Shown: positions 8,698-19,073 of the stretch, in pieces
Layout: the number at the start of each line of letters is the position of its first letter
How positions within the stretch are numbered: the stretch's first letter is position 1
Source of the DNA: an uncultured Dehalococcoidia bacterium
GTDB taxonomy: Bacteria; Chloroflexota; Dehalococcoidia; Lucifugimonadales; UBA3495
Direction: 5' to 3'
DNA length: 32,210 bases
NCBI GenBank assembly: GCA_964451445.1
Contig: CAYVIG010000004.1
Location: 1-32,210, forward strand
Notes under the pieces: generated by a model
Told to the model about the DNA's origin: nothing
Database searches by the model: none
The model's input: only the letters and a program-made list of their open reading frames with translations
Position numbers and translations under genes: made by a program

Positions 8698-10866
8698 TTG
8701 CTGGTACCCGTCCTCAGCCTATTGGTTGCCGCGTGTAGCAGCGCAACCCCCGCCCCGTCGTACACATCGTCAGTCGGCGTATCCGCGCCGTTACAATCCA
8801 CCCAGTTCACTCTGCTCCCAGCACCCACTCGGCACCCAGACACCACTCCATGGGTGGAAGAACGGATCGATGCCGTAATCGCCCTTTACCAGCCCACAGA
8901 TGCCGGAGCCGCATTGCTGCGCAGTCTTGACCTGCGGCAAATGGAAGGTAAACCGGGTTACTTTGGCAGCTATGGATTCTCCGAGTGGGCTGGGGTCGGT
9001 GAAGCTAGCCCCATCGGCGTGATCCATGAACTTAGCCACTCTTATTGGGGCGGGTTTCCCGTCACCGGTCGACCCGACCTAAGATGGGAAAAGACCTCCA
9101 ACAACGACCCTTCCGAGGCCATACAGGCCTATCATCAGGACATTTTGACCTTCATGGCGCAGCCTCCTGACGACTTTGAGCTGCTCCGACAACGCTTGCG
9201 CAACCTACCAGCCGTATCCGGTGATAACCCGGAGCCGGTGTTCCACCACCTTGAAGCGGACGTCCCCTACACCACCGGAGGTAGTTTGAACCTAGTCCCG
9301 CCCATCTTGCGGAAATACTGGGACAACTTCCTGCCACCCGGGCGTTTTGCGGATTGGTACGGGGCTGCTGGTTGGTTCCAATCTCTATCCCCAGAGGACG
9401 TAACCGCCACCGGCAAGTGGTTGGGATTTGAGCACCTGGATCTGCGCCAGTATCCGTCGCTTGAACCAGCCATCCCACCGGAGCAGATTCTTTCCACCGC
9501 CAAGAGCGTGCTGGAGAAGGAAGAACAAGAACGGCTCCGAGACTTAGTCTACCAATTCGATCTGCTTATCGGAGACCCGCAAAACGAAGAGAATTTCGAG
9601 TTCTGGAGGCGGTATCTTCAAGACAAGATTACCCTCTACAAGGCCCACCCGGAGTACTTGATGGTTCTCTCTCATTCCCGGGCAGCGGAACTGGCTTCAA
9701 CCTTGGAACACCTGTCACGACCAGCCACCGGCACACCATCAGAAAGGGCGGCGGGATTAGCCACCCAGCTATCTGACGAACCGTTCTTGGTCAACTTTCT
9801 TCCCGCCGTCGAGAACCGAGTGCTGGTTGAACTCTTCTCCAGCGGTGCAGAGCTTCCCACTGGCAAGACTCTCCAGGCCACCGCAACCTTTGTAGAGCGC
9901 CTGAAGATGTTTGGTTCAAAGGTTGACTCGGTATTGGCCGCCGGAAAAATCTCCCCGATGCAAGGCTCGACCGAGCTTGAACGCTTTGTATACGAAATCG
10001 GCTTCGACCAACAAAATGATTTGAAGCTGTTCTTCGACCTGCTCCGCGACAGAGACCTGGCAGCCTCCAAGGCCGTTACCCTGACCCTCCCTGACGCAAC
10101 AGTCCGCAGTCTGATGGCGTCGGTTCCTTTCCAGCTTCGAGTCATACTCAGTCCTGAAGAACTACTGTTCAAGCTGGGAATCACATCGAACGAATCAGAC
10201 GTAATGCGGGCGGGGATTCAGTTATTGATTGACGAGCCGTCCGGCAACTTCCTAGTCGACGAACCGTTCTTGGAACAGCTCTACCGGGTGGTAGCCGAAC
10301 GAGCCGAGCGTGACCCTGCCGGAACGGCACAGATGCTACTGGAAACACCCTTTCCTCTGGAGGGTTTCATACTGGCCCAACCGGAGGCTACAACCTTGTT
10401 ATTCGCGGGTGATGTCGATGTTTCGCTGGAATTGATACAAAACAGCGATCCGTTGATAGCTCCGGCGGCAAGGATCATCTACCGGCTCATCAACTCAAAT
10501 CCCGGGCGGGCCGCCTACTTGCTGACCCAATTCTACGAGCAAGGGGCAACCAATACCGTATCTGAGAGCTTGGCTCACCTTGCCTACGACAAAGACCGCC
10601 GGAAAAGGTCGTCAAAGTTGCCCATTTCATTGGAGAGCAACTTTGATTTCTTGAACCGCCTGCTTGTTCTAGAGGGGGAAGATTGGCTGGAGGCCAGGTT
10701 CAATAAGTCCGCGAGCCTGTTCAGAGAGCGCGCAAAGAACGGCGAGGTCAGTGCCGACTTCCTAGACCATTACCGGGAAAGCTTGGAGTTTGTGGCGGGC
10801 CTCGGTAACAGAAATGACGCCAGGCTTCTGACTGGGATCATTCGCCGGGCGTTCGAGATAGAATGA
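8698..10866 (+). CDS. Uncharacterised lipoprotein with an N-terminal HExxH zincin-like motif and a helical C-terminal region
   Basis: Hydrophobic signal ending LVAA-C (lipobox), P/S/T-rich linker, VIHELSHSYWG; 722-aa uninterrupted ORF. The true start may be CTG 8671 overlapping the upstream stop. Confidence 0.7.
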   Translation: MLVPVLSLLVAACSSATPAPSYTSSVGVSAPLQSTQFTLLPAPTRHPDTTPWVEERIDAVIALYQPTDAGAALLRSLDLRQMEGKPGYFGSYGFSEWAGVGEASPIGVIHELSHSYWGGFPVTGRPDLRWEKTSNNDPSEAIQAYHQDILTFMAQPPDDFELLRQRLRNLPAVSGDNPEPVFHHLEADVPYTTGGSLNLVPPILRKYWDNFLPPGRFADWYGAAGWFQSLSPEDVTATGKWLGFEHLDLRQYPSLEPAIPPEQILSTAKSVLEKEEQERLRDLVYQFDLLIGDPQNEENFEFWRRYLQDKITLYKAHPEYLMVLSHSRAAELASTLEHLSRPATGTPSERAAGLATQLSDEPFLVNFLPAVENRVLVELFSSGAELPTGKTLQATATFVERLKMFGSKVDSVLAAGKISPMQGSTELERFVYEIGFDQQNDLKLFFDLLRDRDLAASKAVTLTLPDATVRSLMASVPFQLRVILSPEELLFKLGITSNESDVMRAGIQLLIDEPSGNFLVDEPFLEQLYRVVAERAERDPAGTAQMLLETPFPLEGFILAQPEATTLLFAGDVDVSLELIQNSDPLIAPAARIIYRLINSNPGRAAYLLTQFYEQGATNTVSESLAHLAYDKDRRKRSSKLPISLESNFDFLNRLLVLEGEDWLEARFNKSASLFRERAKNGEVSADFLDHYRESLEFVAGLGNRNDARLLTGIIRRAFEIE

Positions 10867-10911
10867 TGATGCTACCCCCTTTCAACGGGGCCTGGTGTTT
10901 CATTCTTCCCA

Positions 10912-11907
10912 TCATTCCCCGAGCGATGCCGCTATGGTGGCCCCAGTAAGATACACGCCGACCATCAAGGCCAATCCCGCGATGATTAACCCGGAATTGA
11001 TCCGGGTACGCCCAAGAATCAACACAAGGCTTATCAACATCATCGCCACTGCGCCGCCGCCAGCCACTAGATGGGCTGGCTCCGCTTGATTGATCAGGAT
11101 GCCATCCCGATAGAACAGGTCTGAGTAGAACAGTATCGTCGCGTTGAAGCCGCAGCTGCCAAATAGCCCTCCGACTCCCAGGTCTGCCGCCCCCATGCGC
11201 GCAGCGGCAACAGTGGCGGACACCTCCGGCATGGAAGTGACCACCGACAACAAAAGTATCCCCAGGGTGCTTGACGCAATACCGGTGATATCGGCTATCT
11301 CGTCTGCGCTCCAGGCGAGAAAGAACCCGGATACGACCACCCCCGCTGAGACGAGACCAAAGAGGATCCACGCTCGAGTCAGACTTATGTGAGGGTCATC
11401 TTCCTCGTACCTGGTGTCTACAGGCTTGATCTTGTAGACCACCCACATGCCCAGCACGAATACCACCAACAACACCATTGAGGAAAGGCCGACTTCCCAG
11501 ACCGATGCGCCAAAGTTGAGGCTACCCAACAAGATAGCCAATCCCGTCAGTGCCGCAGCCACCACGACCAGATAACGTTGTTCCGGCGCAACCAGCACCA
11601 AGAATCGCTTACCCCCAAACACCAAGGCGATTAAAGCTAGGATGAACATGTTCAACATGTTCGAACCCAAGATGTCGCCCAGCGCCAGACCAGGGTTGGG
11701 AGGGTCAAGCCTTACCGCAGAGACGTTTGTCGAAAGTTCAGGGAGTGACGTTGCCAAGGCAATGAGCAAGCTGCCCACGAATAAACGCCCCCATCCGGTC
11801 AACGTTGCCAAAGCGTCGCCATACACAGCAAGCTTGGCGCCGCAAAATATCACGACACCAGCGCTGGCCAAGAAAACCAATATGGCGACTAATAAGTCCT
11901 CGCCCAT
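10912..11907 (-). CDS. Sodium/calcium exchanger (CaCA, YrbG-like) membrane protein
   Basis: Two alpha repeats, ALATSLPEL...GDILGSNMLN and SVVTSMPEV...GGLFGSCGFN; about 10 TM segments. Confidence 0.9.
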   Translation of the reverse strand: MGEDLLVAILVFLASAGVVIFCGAKLAVYGDALATLTGWGRLFVGSLLIALATSLPELSTNVSAVRLDPPNPGLALGDILGSNMLNMFILALIALVFGGKRFLVLVAPEQRYLVVVAAALTGLAILLGSLNFGASVWEVGLSSMVLLVVFVLGMWVVYKIKPVDTRYEEDDPHISLTRAWILFGLVSAGVVVSGFFLAWSADEIADITGIASSTLGILLLSVVTSMPEVSATVAAARMGAADLGVGGLFGSCGFNATILFYSDLFYRDGILINQAEPAHLVAGGGAVAMMLISLVLILGRTRINSGLIIAGLALMVGVYLTGATIAASLGE

Positions 11908-11955
11908 GTGGGTAAACCCCCTAACACTTTGGAATCGACGAAAAGGAGTTCAAAA

Positions 11956-11990
11956 CCCCTTCTCCCTTTGGGGGAAGCTTAGGATGGGGG
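11956..11990. repeat. Degenerate intergenic hairpin (REP-like or terminator-like) after leuB
   Basis: CCCCTTCTCCCTTTGGGGGAAGCTTAGGATGGGGG; CTTCTCC pairs with GGGGAAG. Confidence 0.35.
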
Positions 11991-12030
11991 CGTTCATCTC
12001 CCCAGTTCTGCCACGGACCAGAAAGAGAGC

Positions 12031-13131
12031 CTAATTCCCATTCTCGATGGCAGCCACGATCAGGTCACCCATCTCGGTGGTGGTGACGTGTTTGTCCCCG
12101 CCGGTGACCAAATCTGCGGTGCGGGCGTTTTGCTCCAGCACCTGGTCCACCGCCCTTTCGATGGCGGCGGCTTCTTCGGTCAGTCCAAGGGAGTAACGGA
12201 CCATTAACGCCACGCTCAAGATGGAGCCTGTGGGGTTGGCGATACCCTTCCCCGCTATGTCCGGCGCAGTACCGTGAATCGGCTCGTACAGACCACCAGA
12301 ACGCTGTCCCGCCACAGGAACCCCAGCCAAGCTGGCTGAGGGCAGCAACCCCATGGATGCGGCCAGCATGGATGCCTCATCGCTGAGGATGTCCCCAAAG
12401 GTGTTCTCAGCCACGATCACATCGTAGGCAGTAGGCTTTTGGATCAGCTGCATGGCGCAGGCGTCCACGAGCACGTGTTCCAGTTCAACGTCGGGATACT
12501 CCTGACCCAGCCTAGTGGCCACGGTACGCCACAGACGGGAACATTCCAGGACGTTGGCCTTGTCCACTGAGGCCAGCTTCTTACGGCGACCTCGGGCCAG
12601 TTCAAAGCCCACACGGATCACCCGCTCGATCTCGCCCTCGGTGTAGCGCATGGTGTCCTCGGCCACGATGCCGTTAGGTGTCTCGCGCCTTCCCCTGGGC
12701 TCGGCGTAATAAAGGCCGCCGGTCAGTTCCCGGACCACTACCATGTCCACGCCATTGATGACGTCAGGCTTGAAGACACTGGACTCCGCCAGCCAGGGAT
12801 AGACCTTAACCGGCCTGATGTTGGCGAACACTCCCATGTGGGCGCGCATGTCCAACAGACCCATCTCAGGTCTCACCTTTGCGTCAGGGGAGTCCCACTT
12901 GGGTCCGCCCACCGCGCCAAAGAGAACCGCGTCATTGGAGTCCAACAAGCCTCGTGTCTCGTCGGTCAGGGGTATCCCGTGTTTGTCGATGGAAATACCG
13001 CCGATATCGCCGTAGCTAAGATTGAAGCTATGTCCAAATGCACGGCCCACGGCTTCCAGAGAACGAACACCTTGTTCTGTAACTTCCGGGCCAATGCCGT
13101 CGCCACCTAATACGGCGATATTGAACTCCAC
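12031..13131 (-). CDS. leuB: 3-isopropylmalate dehydrogenase
   Basis: [75 protein letters not shown] 13131 with AGGAGG RBS. Confidence 0.96.
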   Translation of the reverse strand: MEFNIAVLGGDGIGPEVTEQGVRSLEAVGRAFGHSFNLSYGDIGGISIDKHGIPLTDETRGLLDSNDAVLFGAVGGPKWDSPDAKVRPEMGLLDMRAHMGVFANIRPVKVYPWLAESSVFKPDVINGVDMVVVRELTGGLYYAEPRGRRETPNGIVAEDTMRYTEGEIERVIRVGFELARGRRKKLASVDKANVLECSRLWRTVATRLGQEYPDVELEHVLVDACAMQLIQKPTAYDVIVAENTFGDILSDEASMLAASMGLLPSASLAGVPVAGQRSGGLYEPIHGTAPDIAGKGIANPTGSILSVALMVRYSLGLTEEAAAIERAVDQVLEQNARTADLVTGGDKHVTTTEMGDLIVAAIENGN

Positions 13132-13217
13132 GTGATTCCTCCTTGCTGCATCAATGATTTTCCGCTTGTATCGAACTCGCACCAAGCCCAATGTCGTCTT
13201 AGCCTGAATCCCGACCC

Positions 13218-13246
13218 AGTATACCCATAAACCAAATGGCCTACAA
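13218..13246 (-). promoter_or_regulatory. Sigma70-type promoter for leuB
   Basis: TTGTAG, 17-nt spacer, TATACT. Confidence 0.5.
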
Positions 13247-13330
13247 ACACGGCAGGGTTTTGGGATTGCCATCTTAAATCTGGCTTGATAACCCAAAAAA
13301 GAGTGCGCAGTTAAATGAATCGGCCTAGTC

Positions 13331-13359
13331 TGGCAATGCCCTAGGTTTTGTTCTAAAAT
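13331..13359 (+). promoter_or_regulatory. Candidate promoter for glcDEF
   Basis: TGGCAA, 17-nt spacer, TAAAAT, about 50 nt before glcD. Confidence 0.35.
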
Positions 13360-13411
13360 CCTCTCTAATCCAGCCGCAGATTCGGCGATAATCAGAATTT
13401 GGGTTTCAGGC

Positions 13412-14839
13412 ATGGAATTCAGTGCATTTTTGAAGGGCCTTCAGGAGATCGTCGGCAAACAGAACGTGGTTTACCACTCTGACGATCTCTTGGTTTTTGA
13501 GTACGACGGCTCTGTGGACCGACAAGTGCCTGAAGCCGTGGTCTTTCCAGGCAACACCCGGGAAGTGAGTGAGGTTGTTGCCCTAGCCTACGGCGCTGGA
13601 ATCCCCGTTGTAGGTCGCGGAACCGGCACTGGCCTTAGCGGCGGCGCAGTCACCCCGCCAGGTGGAATCCAGGTCGCCTTCCCCCGCATGAACAACATCC
13701 TGGAAGTCGACACCGACAACCTAATCGCGTTGGTAGAACCGGGAGTTATCAACCTGCACCTGGACACCCGCGTCCGGAAAGATAATCTCCGTTATGCCCC
13801 GGACCCCTCCAGTCAAAAAGCCTGCAGCCTGGGCGGCAACATCGCCGAGAACTCCGGCGGCCCACACTGCCTAGCTTATGGGACCACCACCAACCACGTC
13901 CTAGGCATGGAAGTCGTGCTGGAAGACGGTTCAATCGTAAACCTGGGTAGTCTGGCCCGTGAGACCGTCGGCTACGACCTGCGCGGCGTGTTCACCGGCT
14001 CCGAGGGCACCTTTGGCATTGCCACCAAAATCGCCGTTAGGCTGCTTCCGGTGCCGGAAGCGGTGCGCACGTTCCTGGGCATCTTCCCGAACGTGGAATC
14101 GGCCTGTACCGCGGTTTCTGCGGTGATAGAGCAGGGCATCGTGCCCGCTGCCCTTGAGATGATTGACGCTCTGACCATCCAGGCGGTCCAAAACGTCAGC
14201 GACGCCGGTTATCCCGACGACGCCGGAGCTGTTTTGCTCATAGAACTTGAGGGCCTCAACGACGAGGTCATCGAGATTGGCCGTGAGGTTGAAGCCGCCC
14301 TTTGGGACACGGGCGCGACCCAGGTGAGAACCGCAGAAGCCGCCGAGGAACGCCAGCAGCTCTGGGCAGGACGTAACGGCGCTTTGGGCGCTTTGGGCAG
14401 CTTGGCACCCAATTATTTCCTAGTGGATGGCGTAGTTCCCAGGACCCAGTTGGCCCGGGTACTTGGCCAGGTGGCTGATGTCAGCAAGAAGTACGACATC
14501 CCCATCGCCAACGTCTTCCACGCTGGAGACGGCAACCTCCACCCATGCCTCCTCTTTGATGAACGAAAAGAGGGCATGTTGGAGCGGGTCATGGAAGCAG
14601 GTACCGCTGTGCTGCAGGTATGCGTCGACGCTGGCGGCACGCTGACCGGCGAGCATGGGGTTGGCCTGGAGAAGAAAGAACAGATGCCCCTCGTGTACTC
14701 GGATGAAGACATGGCAGCCATGGTCATGGTGCGAGACGCCTTTGCGCCGGAAAACACTCTAAACCCGGGCAAGATATTCCCAGACGGGGTCAAGGCCACG
14801 CCCCGATCCCAAGCCACTTTCCCGGGTATGCCGGCCTAG
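13412..14839 (+). CDS. glcD: Glycolate oxidase/dehydrogenase FAD subunit
   Basis: [70 protein letters not shown]. Confidence 0.9.
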   Translation: MEFSAFLKGLQEIVGKQNVVYHSDDLLVFEYDGSVDRQVPEAVVFPGNTREVSEVVALAYGAGIPVVGRGTGTGLSGGAVTPPGGIQVAFPRMNNILEVDTDNLIALVEPGVINLHLDTRVRKDNLRYAPDPSSQKACSLGGNIAENSGGPHCLAYGTTTNHVLGMEVVLEDGSIVNLGSLARETVGYDLRGVFTGSEGTFGIATKIAVRLLPVPEAVRTFLGIFPNVESACTAVSAVIEQGIVPAALEMIDALTIQAVQNVSDAGYPDDAGAVLLIELEGLNDEVIEIGREVEAALWDTGATQVRTAEAAEERQQLWAGRNGALGALGSLAPNYFLVDGVVPRTQLARVLGQVADVSKKYDIPIANVFHAGDGNLHPCLLFDERKEGMLERVMEAGTAVLQVCVDAGGTLTGEHGVGLEKKEQMPLVYSDEDMAAMVMVRDAFAPENTLNPGKIFPDGVKATPRSQATFPGMPA

Positions 14840-14863
14840 CCGGTCTCACTTAGACAGGAGTTT

Positions 14864-16237
14864 TTGTTGGAATCTCCCCTTAACGATCGTCTGGGAGGCC
14901 TTTTGGGCGGTAGTGTTGTCATTCCGGTTGGCGATATCGAGATCGACGGCGTAGCCCCTCAAGCCATAGTCCGCCCCACCGACAGACTCCAAATCTCTGA
15001 ATTGCTGATTTGGGCGTCTTCGGAACACGTCAGCATCATGCCCCGTGGGGGCGGGACCCGGATGCATCTGGGCAACGTCCCAAGGAAGGCGGACGTGATC
15101 CTGGACCTCGGCGCCCTCAACCAACTGGTCGACTACCAACCCGCCGATATGACGGCAACCGTCGAAGCTGGCATGACCCTGTCCAACCTCCAAGAACGAT
15201 TGGCCCCAGGAGGAGAATTCGCCCCCTTGGAGTCGGCCGAGGCCGACCGCTCCACAATCGGCGGCATCCTGTCCGTGGGGGCTGGAGGGCCTTTGTCATA
15301 TGCCTACGGCCTGCCCAGGGAATGGCTCATTGGCATGAGTGTCCTAGGCACTGATGGGGTCGCCACCAAGTCTGGCGGCAAGGTGGTCAAGAACGTAACC
15401 GGGTACGATCTCAATAAGCTGTACGCCGGTTCCCTAGGCACGCTGGGAGTGATTGTTGAAGCCACGTTCAAGCTGTTGCCCATCGACCCACACAGCGGGA
15501 TGCTCCTGGCGTCCTTCGCGGCGCTTCCAGACTCCATTTCAGCCAGCAGAGCGTTGATTCACTCATCAGCCGCGCCCATGGGCTGCCATAGCGTGACCTA
15601 CCGGGTCTCCCGAAGACTCCAGGACTCCACCCTGGCCGCATCCCAGAACCTGGGGCTACTGGAAGAGGGCACCGCGTTGTTCCTGGCTTTTTACTCTGGC
15701 CGTTCCCAGGCCACCAGGCGACGGTTAGACGAAGCAGCAGCAACACTGCTCGCCGAGGGAGCCAACGCCGTACAGCGTATAGAAGGGCCAGCCGCCAGAA
15801 CCACCCTGCGCTGGATCACCGATACACCGCCTCAGATCTGTAATGACTCAGCCCTGGTGATGAAAATATCAGTCCAGTCTAAATCCGCAGCTAGAGCCTC
15901 CGCCGAATGCGGTGACGTGACTCTGTTCGGAGAGTACCCGGAGCAGATCGCCGACTCGGGGTTTGGCAACATACGCCTCTTCTGGCCCAAGTTTGGCGAT
16001 ATCCAATCCACCCACTCCATGGAACCACAGCCTATCATCGACACGATCCAACAGGTCCGTCAGATAGTCCAACGCTGCGAAGGCTCTGCGGTGGTGGAAC
16101 ATTGTCCGGTGAGCGCCAAATCCCAGATAGATATATGGGGTGACTACCCAGACAGCCTGGCAATCATGCAGGACATCAAAAAACGTTTCGATCCCAACAG
16201 CGTCCTCAATCCTGGTCGCTTCTTAGGAGGCATCTAG
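14864..16237 (+). CDS. glcE: Glycolate oxidase FAD-binding subunit
   Basis: PRGGGT, DMTATVEAGMTL, TIGG, GGKVVKNVTGYDLNKLYAGSLGTLG, FDPNSVLNPGRF; AGGAG RBS (start 14864 or 14867). Confidence 0.88.
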   Translation: MLESPLNDRLGGLLGGSVVIPVGDIEIDGVAPQAIVRPTDRLQISELLIWASSEHVSIMPRGGGTRMHLGNVPRKADVILDLGALNQLVDYQPADMTATVEAGMTLSNLQERLAPGGEFAPLESAEADRSTIGGILSVGAGGPLSYAYGLPREWLIGMSVLGTDGVATKSGGKVVKNVTGYDLNKLYAGSLGTLGVIVEATFKLLPIDPHSGMLLASFAALPDSISASRALIHSSAAPMGCHSVTYRVSRRLQDSTLAASQNLGLLEEGTALFLAFYSGRSQATRRRLDEAAATLLAEGANAVQRIEGPAARTTLRWITDTPPQICNDSALVMKISVQSKSAARASAECGDVTLFGEYPEQIADSGFGNIRLFWPKFGDIQSTHSMEPQPIIDTIQQVRQIVQRCEGSAVVEHCPVSAKSQIDIWGDYPDSLAIMQDIKKRFDPNSVLNPGRFLGGI

Positions 16238-16238
16238 G

Positions 16239-17561
16239 ATGGCCCAGCCAGCATCAGAATCATTGAAGATAATACCGGGAGGGTTCACCGGACCCGATGC
16301 TCCTGCGGAAGCAGACCTGTACCGCTGTGTGCATTGCGGTCTCTGCCTCAGTTCCTGCCCCACCTACGTGGAAACGGCCCTGGAGATGGAATCTCCCCGT
16401 GGTCGCCTGGCCCTGATGAAGGCTGTGAACGAAGGCCGAGTCGAGATCACGCCCAGGATCGTCTCCCACTGGGAAGCCTGCCTCCAGTGCCGCGCCTGTG
16501 AGGCGGTGTGCCCCTCCGGGGTGCCCTACGGTCGCATCATGGAACGGGCGCGCGCCCAAGTGAAGATAGCCGGACTCCAATCACGGGAACTAAAACGATT
16601 CAGCCGGTTCTTCTTGACCGCCGCGCTGCCCAAGCCCCGACGTCTGAATTTGGGAGCACACCTGATTCGCCTCTACCAACGGCTGGGCCTGCAAAAGCTC
16701 CTCCGTCTTTCCCGTCTGCTCCACCTAATTCCGGGCGGAGTGGCTTCACTTGAATCCCAGATACCGCAGTTAAGCAAGAAATTCTTCGCCCCAAGCAATA
16801 CCGTTCACCCTGCTCAGGGCGAAAAGAAGATGGCCGTGGCGTTGTTGTCCGGATGTGTCATGCCACTGATGCAGGGACCGACAATGGAGGCCACGGTACG
16901 AGTTCTCACCCGTAACGGCTGCGACGTGCTGGTGCCCCAGGGTCAGGGGTGCTGCGGGGCGCTGAACACCCACGCCGGAGACATGACCAACAGCCGGGCC
17001 ATGGCCCGTACCAACATCGATGCGCTGATGGCTGCCGAGGTAGGTCAGATATTATCTTCTTCAGCGGGCTGCGGCTCCAGCATGAAGGAGTACGCCGAAC
17101 TGCTAAAGGATGACCCGGCATACCGAGAGAAGGCAATACGGTTCAGCAGCATGACCAAAGACGTAACCGAATTTCTGGCCTGTCTGCCCTTTGAGGCTCC
17201 CACGGCTGAGATCAACCGGAAGATCACCTACCAGGATCCATGCCACCTGGCCCACGCGCAACGCATTACGGCCGCGCCTCGGGTGATTTTGAACTCGATA
17301 CCCGGTCTGGAACTGATCGAGATGGAAAACTCGAGCCTCTGCTGCGGCGGCGCTGGGATCTACTCATCAACTCAACCAGCCCTATCCAAACGCCTGCTCA
17401 GTCGCAAGATGGACAGCATCGAAGCCACCGGCGTCGAAGAAGTAATCACCGCCAACCCCGGCTGCATGTTGCAGGTGGAGCTAGGTTTCAAAGCCAAAGG
17501 ACAAAATGGCAAAGTGCGCCACGTGGTGGACATCCTAGACGAGGCCTACGGGCTGGAGTAG
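16239..17561 (+). CDS. glcF: Glycolate oxidase iron-sulfur subunit
   Basis: CVHCGLCLSSCPTY...ESPRGR...CLQCRACEAVCPSGV, plus two CCG domains (GCCGAL.H; YQDPCHLAH..CCGGAGIY..NPGCMLQ). Confidence 0.92.
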   Translation: MAQPASESLKIIPGGFTGPDAPAEADLYRCVHCGLCLSSCPTYVETALEMESPRGRLALMKAVNEGRVEITPRIVSHWEACLQCRACEAVCPSGVPYGRIMERARAQVKIAGLQSRELKRFSRFFLTAALPKPRRLNLGAHLIRLYQRLGLQKLLRLSRLLHLIPGGVASLESQIPQLSKKFFAPSNTVHPAQGEKKMAVALLSGCVMPLMQGPTMEATVRVLTRNGCDVLVPQGQGCCGALNTHAGDMTNSRAMARTNIDALMAAEVGQILSSSAGCGSSMKEYAELLKDDPAYREKAIRFSSMTKDVTEFLACLPFEAPTAEINRKITYQDPCHLAHAQRITAAPRVILNSIPGLELIEMENSSLCCGGAGIYSSTQPALSKRLLSRKMDSIEATGVEEVITANPGCMLQVELGFKAKGQNGKVRHVVDILDEAYGLE

Positions 17562-17605
17562 ATTCTCCAAACCACTCCGCCGATCCCGGTCAATCAAGAT
17601 TCTTA

Positions 17606-17700
17606 CCGCTAATGGTGAGCCTGTCGAACCATAGGTACGGGCAAGCATTGGTCACCCAGCCAGTCATATAACTTATGCGCAACCTTCGACGGATTCAGGA
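17606..17700. repeat. Inverted pair of REP-like units
   Basis: CCGCTAATGGTGAGCCTGTCGAACCAT (17606-17632) and an inverted degenerate copy CCTTCGACGGATTCAGGA (about 17683-17700); a related unit is at 30760-30786. Confidence 0.6.
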
Positions 17701-17733
17701 CTATCAGGGTCGGTGGTCTGCCTATCAAAGGAA

Positions 17734-17775
17734 AAATAAAAAGAGGCGGGGAAACATCCCCGCCTCTTTTTATTT
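17734..17775. terminator. Bidirectional intrinsic terminator between glcF and the aminotransferase
   Basis: AAATAAAAAGAGGCGGGGA-AACA-TCCCCGCCTCTTTTTATTT: perfect 19-bp stem with T tracts on both strands. Confidence 0.92.
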
Positions 17776-17800
17776 ACTGGGCTGAAGCTCTAACAAGTGG

Positions 17801-18997
17801 TTACTCGTCGAAAGTTGCTATGGCTCTTTGGGCCGCCGATAGGCTGGCTCCGTAGGCTACTTCGTAGCCTTCTTTGGAGAGGATGTTCTCCAAGGCGGAG
17901 AGCACCGCGAACACGTTGCGCTCGCGGGCTGATTCGCCCATGAGTCCGACGCGCCAGGCCTTGCCGGCGAACTCTCCCAAACCACCACCGATCTCGATGT
18001 CATAGTCGTTGAGTAGCGCAGCCCTGACCTTGCCATCTTCAATGCCCTCGGGGATTGAGACGGTGGTCAGCGGATTCAGCCGGTGACCTTCCTCAGCCAG
18101 CAGGGTCAATCCCAGCGCTTCCGCGCCGGCGCGGAACCCGGCGGCAACGCGAGCGTGCCGCTGGATCCGGTTGTCCAGACCCTCTTCCATCATCATGCGC
18201 AAGGACTCCCGGAGCGCGTAGGTCATGTTGATGGGCGAGGTGTGGTGGTAGGCCCTCCTGGTCTGGTTCCAGTAGGCCTCCAAGTCCTGCAGGTTGAAAT
18301 AGAAACTTTGGACCTTGGTTGACCGGTTCACGACCACGTCCATCGCTCCCTGGCTGAGGCTGATGGGAGCCAATCCAGGAGGAGCACCCAGACATTTCTG
18401 GGTGGCGCTGTAGCAGACGTCAATGCCCCACTCGTCCATCCTCATCTCGTGTCCGCCCAGAGATGTAACAGCATCCACTATGGCCAAGGCACCAGCTTCA
18501 TGGATCACATCTACCAGATCTTTGACTTCGCTCAACACACCGGTAGATGTCTCAGCATGGACCACGCCCACTGCCTTGAGTCCAGGGTGTTTCTTGAGTT
18601 CATCGCGGAGGGCTTGGGGGTCGACTGATTTGCCCCAGGGCGTGTCCATCAGGTGGACGGTGGCACCGCAGCGCTCAGCTATGTCGCCCAAGCGGACACC
18701 GAAGTACCCGTTTCTGGCTATGAGCACCTCGTCACCTCGCTCGATGACGTTGGCGCAGGCGGTTTCCATTGCTCCCGTGCCGGTAGACGATATCGGCACC
18801 GTCATCTTGTTTTCAGTATGGAACACCATACGCAGCATCTCGCATACGTCGTCCATTACCTGGAAGAATGCCGGGTCCAGGTGACCTATCACGGGGCTAG
18901 CCATAGCCGCCAACACCCGAGGGTGTACGGTGCTTGGTCCGGGTCCCAATAGCACCTTTTGAGGTGCGTTTAATTCTGTCATGTAGGAGCTAGTCAA
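17801..18997 (-). CDS. Alanine-glyoxylate/serine-pyruvate aminotransferase (class V PLP)
   Basis: LLGPGPS, IGHLDPAF, GTGAME, VHAETSTGV, DAVTSLGG, SATQKCLGAPPG, YHHTSP, WRVGLMG; GGAGG RBS. Confidence 0.93.
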   Translation of the reverse strand: MTSSYMTELNAPQKVLLGPGPSTVHPRVLAAMASPVIGHLDPAFFQVMDDVCEMLRMVFHTENKMTVPISSTGTGAMETACANVIERGDEVLIARNGYFGVRLGDIAERCGATVHLMDTPWGKSVDPQALRDELKKHPGLKAVGVVHAETSTGVLSEVKDLVDVIHEAGALAIVDAVTSLGGHEMRMDEWGIDVCYSATQKCLGAPPGLAPISLSQGAMDVVVNRSTKVQSFYFNLQDLEAYWNQTRRAYHHTSPINMTYALRESLRMMMEEGLDNRIQRHARVAAGFRAGAEALGLTLLAEEGHRLNPLTTVSIPEGIEDGKVRAALLNDYDIEIGGGLGEFAGKAWRVGLMGESARERNVFAVLSALENILSKEGYEVAYGASLSAAQRAIATFDE

Positions 18998-19073
18998 GTT
19001 CTAAGACCTCCGGTCGCGTGGACCTTTTGCTAAAATTTAGATTTGGGTCGACTTCGACCCTGTTTGACCAGGT

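Noticed and set aside
13132-13413. 94-aa N-terminal extension of LeuB in the ORF track
   Set aside because: Homology begins at GTG 13131, which has an AGGAGG RBS; the extension spans the divergent promoter region.
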